Shown here: positions 30,231 to 31,646 of the stretch, piece by piece
Position numbering within the stretch: the first letter of the stretch is position 1
How the letters are laid out: each line of letters begins with the position of its first letter
Origin: a bacterium
Lineage (GTDB): Bacteria > SZUA-182 > DTGQ01
Assembly: GCA_040752695.1 (NCBI GenBank)
Contig: JBFMGO010000073.1
Location: 1-31,646, forward strand
Reading direction: 5' to 3'
Length of the DNA: 31,646 bases
The notes under the pieces: generated by a model
The model's input: only the letters and a program-made list of their open reading frames with translations
Database searches by the model: none
Told to the model about the DNA's origin: nothing
Translations under genes and position numbers: made by a program

Positions 30231-31232
30231 ATGCCAAAAGTAGACATAAGCAGGGTACATATAATAAACATTGACACGCTGCAGCTCATCGATACGCTGA
30301 ATGTCGGGATAATCGCTCTCAACCGCAAGATGGAAATTGTCCTCTGGAACCGATGGATGGAAGAGCACAGCAAAATCGATAAGGATCAGGCACTGGGCAG
30401 AGTAATCACCCTGTTTTTCCCGGACATCGAAGAGAAGAGGTTTTCCTGGAAGGTACAGGCCGTATTTAAACTTGACCATCACTCGGTTTTCCCGCAGGAG
30501 CACTATCAATGCCTTTTCCATTTTCCTCATCAGCGGCAGATTCAGGCCGAGGTCAGACAGATGCAGCAAAACTGCATCCTGTCCCCTCTTAAAAATGAAG
30601 AGGGAATGGTTGAATACGTCCTTGTTACCGTATATGACGTAACCGACGCTGTTATCTATCAGCAACAGCTCATCACAGCTAAAAAACTGTATGAAAGGTT
30701 AAGCGCAATGGACGAGTTGACCGCAGTGTATAATCGTCGGCACTTGTGGCAGAGACTTCAGGAGGAATTTGCCCGATATCTTCGAAATGGCCAGCCGCTT
30801 TCATTTTTACTGCTGGATATAGACCATTTTAAGCGCATCAATTATCAATACGGCCATATGGCCGGAGATTACGTACTCAAGGAGCTTTGCGCAACACTTC
30901 CTTCCATTCTGCGCAAATATGATATCGTTGGCCGATACGAAGGAGAGGAATTCGGTGTGATCCTGACAAACACAAACATTTCCTCATCACTGATGGTTGC
31001 AGAAAGGATGCGATCGCATGTGGAGGCGCATGACTTCGTTTTTCAACAACAGAGAATACCGGTAACCATCAGCATCGGCCTGGCCGAGGCGCATTGCGGC
31101 ACTACCGATATCGAAGGGCTTATCCATCAGGCGGAAGAAGCGCTCTGCGAGGCCAAGGATAAGGGAAGGAACAGGGTCTGTTTTCGAGAGCATACTGCCT
31201 GCGATGAGCAACATGAGGAGTTGCAGGTGTAG
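30231..31232 (+). CDS. PAS-GGDEF domain protein with a degenerate active site (EGEEF)
   Basis: N-terminal PAS-like domain, DELTAVYNRR, LLDIDHFKRIN, RKYD-IVGRY-EGEEF, VTISIG, AKDKGRNRV. Confidence 0.9.
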   Translation: MPKVDISRVHIINIDTLQLIDTLNVGIIALNRKMEIVLWNRWMEEHSKIDKDQALGRVITLFFPDIEEKRFSWKVQAVFKLDHHSVFPQEHYQCLFHFPHQRQIQAEVRQMQQNCILSPLKNEEGMVEYVLVTVYDVTDAVIYQQQLITAKKLYERLSAMDELTAVYNRRHLWQRLQEEFARYLRNGQPLSFLLLDIDHFKRINYQYGHMAGDYVLKELCATLPSILRKYDIVGRYEGEEFGVILTNTNISSSLMVAERMRSHVEAHDFVFQQQRIPVTISIGLAEAHCGTTDIEGLIHQAEEALCEAKDKGRNRVCFREHTACDEQHEELQV

Positions 31233-31343
31233 TATTTTACCATACTTCATGACCGCTCGCCTGTTCACCGCTGAGCTTTATTCATCAGCTTTTTTCATTC
31301 CTGCATGCAATTACCTGCCTTTGTCCGACTGTACTTAGAGGCT

Positions 31344-31646
31344 CTAAGAGCCATCTGATTCTGCACTCGGCTCTCTATCTGATTGTACACCTGCCAGGAA
31401 GTGTTGAATAAAGCTGATAATTTGCTGGTGCTCTTCCTTTCCGCTTCCCTGGATAGTCATGGGTTCCCCGAAGGCGAAATAAATATCCCGGTGCTTGCCG
31501 ATCGGCCCGATATCGCTCACCAGTTTGCCTATCCCCCAAAAATCGGTTTTCAAGGCAATAGGAATAACCGGAACTCCGGCCCTTTTGGCTAATTTAATTC
31601 CCAGCGTGTTAAAGTGTTCAGGATCAACATGAGTATGCCGCGTGCT
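31344..31646 (-). CDS. 3' end (5'-partial) of a 1-acyl-sn-glycerol-3-phosphate / lysophospholipid acyltransferase (PlsC family)
   Basis: The frame is open from the window edge: STR...HFNTLGIKLAKRAGVPVIPIALKTDFWG...FAFGEPM. Confidence 0.8.
   Translation of the reverse strand, partial: STRHTHVDPEHFNTLGIKLAKRAGVPVIPIALKTDFWGIGKLVSDIGPIGKHRDIYFAFGEPMTIQGSGKEEHQQIISFIQHFLAGVQSDREPSAESDGS

Overview
Bacterial chromosomal window from a probably anaerobic, diderm, uncultured-looking lineage (gene content resembles Desulfobacterota and relatives; the 16S has several atypical but compensated positions). Left to right: the 3' end of a surface protein with a choice-of-anchor-U-like and CFI-type tail; a DUF362 Fe-S protein translationally coupled to a FadL/OmpP1-type beta-barrel; a heptad-repeat coiled-coil protein; a three-gene signalling operon (PAS histidine kinase, Rcp1-like receiver, hybrid kinase); a TonB-dependent receptor plus an exported nucleoside-hydrolase/FmdE fusion behind a ~330-nt structured leader that contains a terminator; a tandem HD/HD-GYP protein; a double ferritin-like protein; a ComEA-like HhH protein; a complete, stand-alone 16S rRNA gene (promoter, boxA and both processing-stem arms, but no tRNA, 23S or 5S); a second DUF362/4Fe-4S protein; cysK-cysE; four exported proteins, three with low-complexity Gly/Leu or Ser/Tyr segments; a PAS-GGDEF protein with a degenerate active site; and the 3' end of a PlsC-type acyltransferase. 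No transposase, integrase, CRISPR array or tRNA was found. The most interesting items are the candidate attenuator-controlled TonB plus NH-FmdE uptake module, the unlinked divergent 16S gene, and a high density of short tandem duplications. All family calls come from motif recognition by eye, not database searches.
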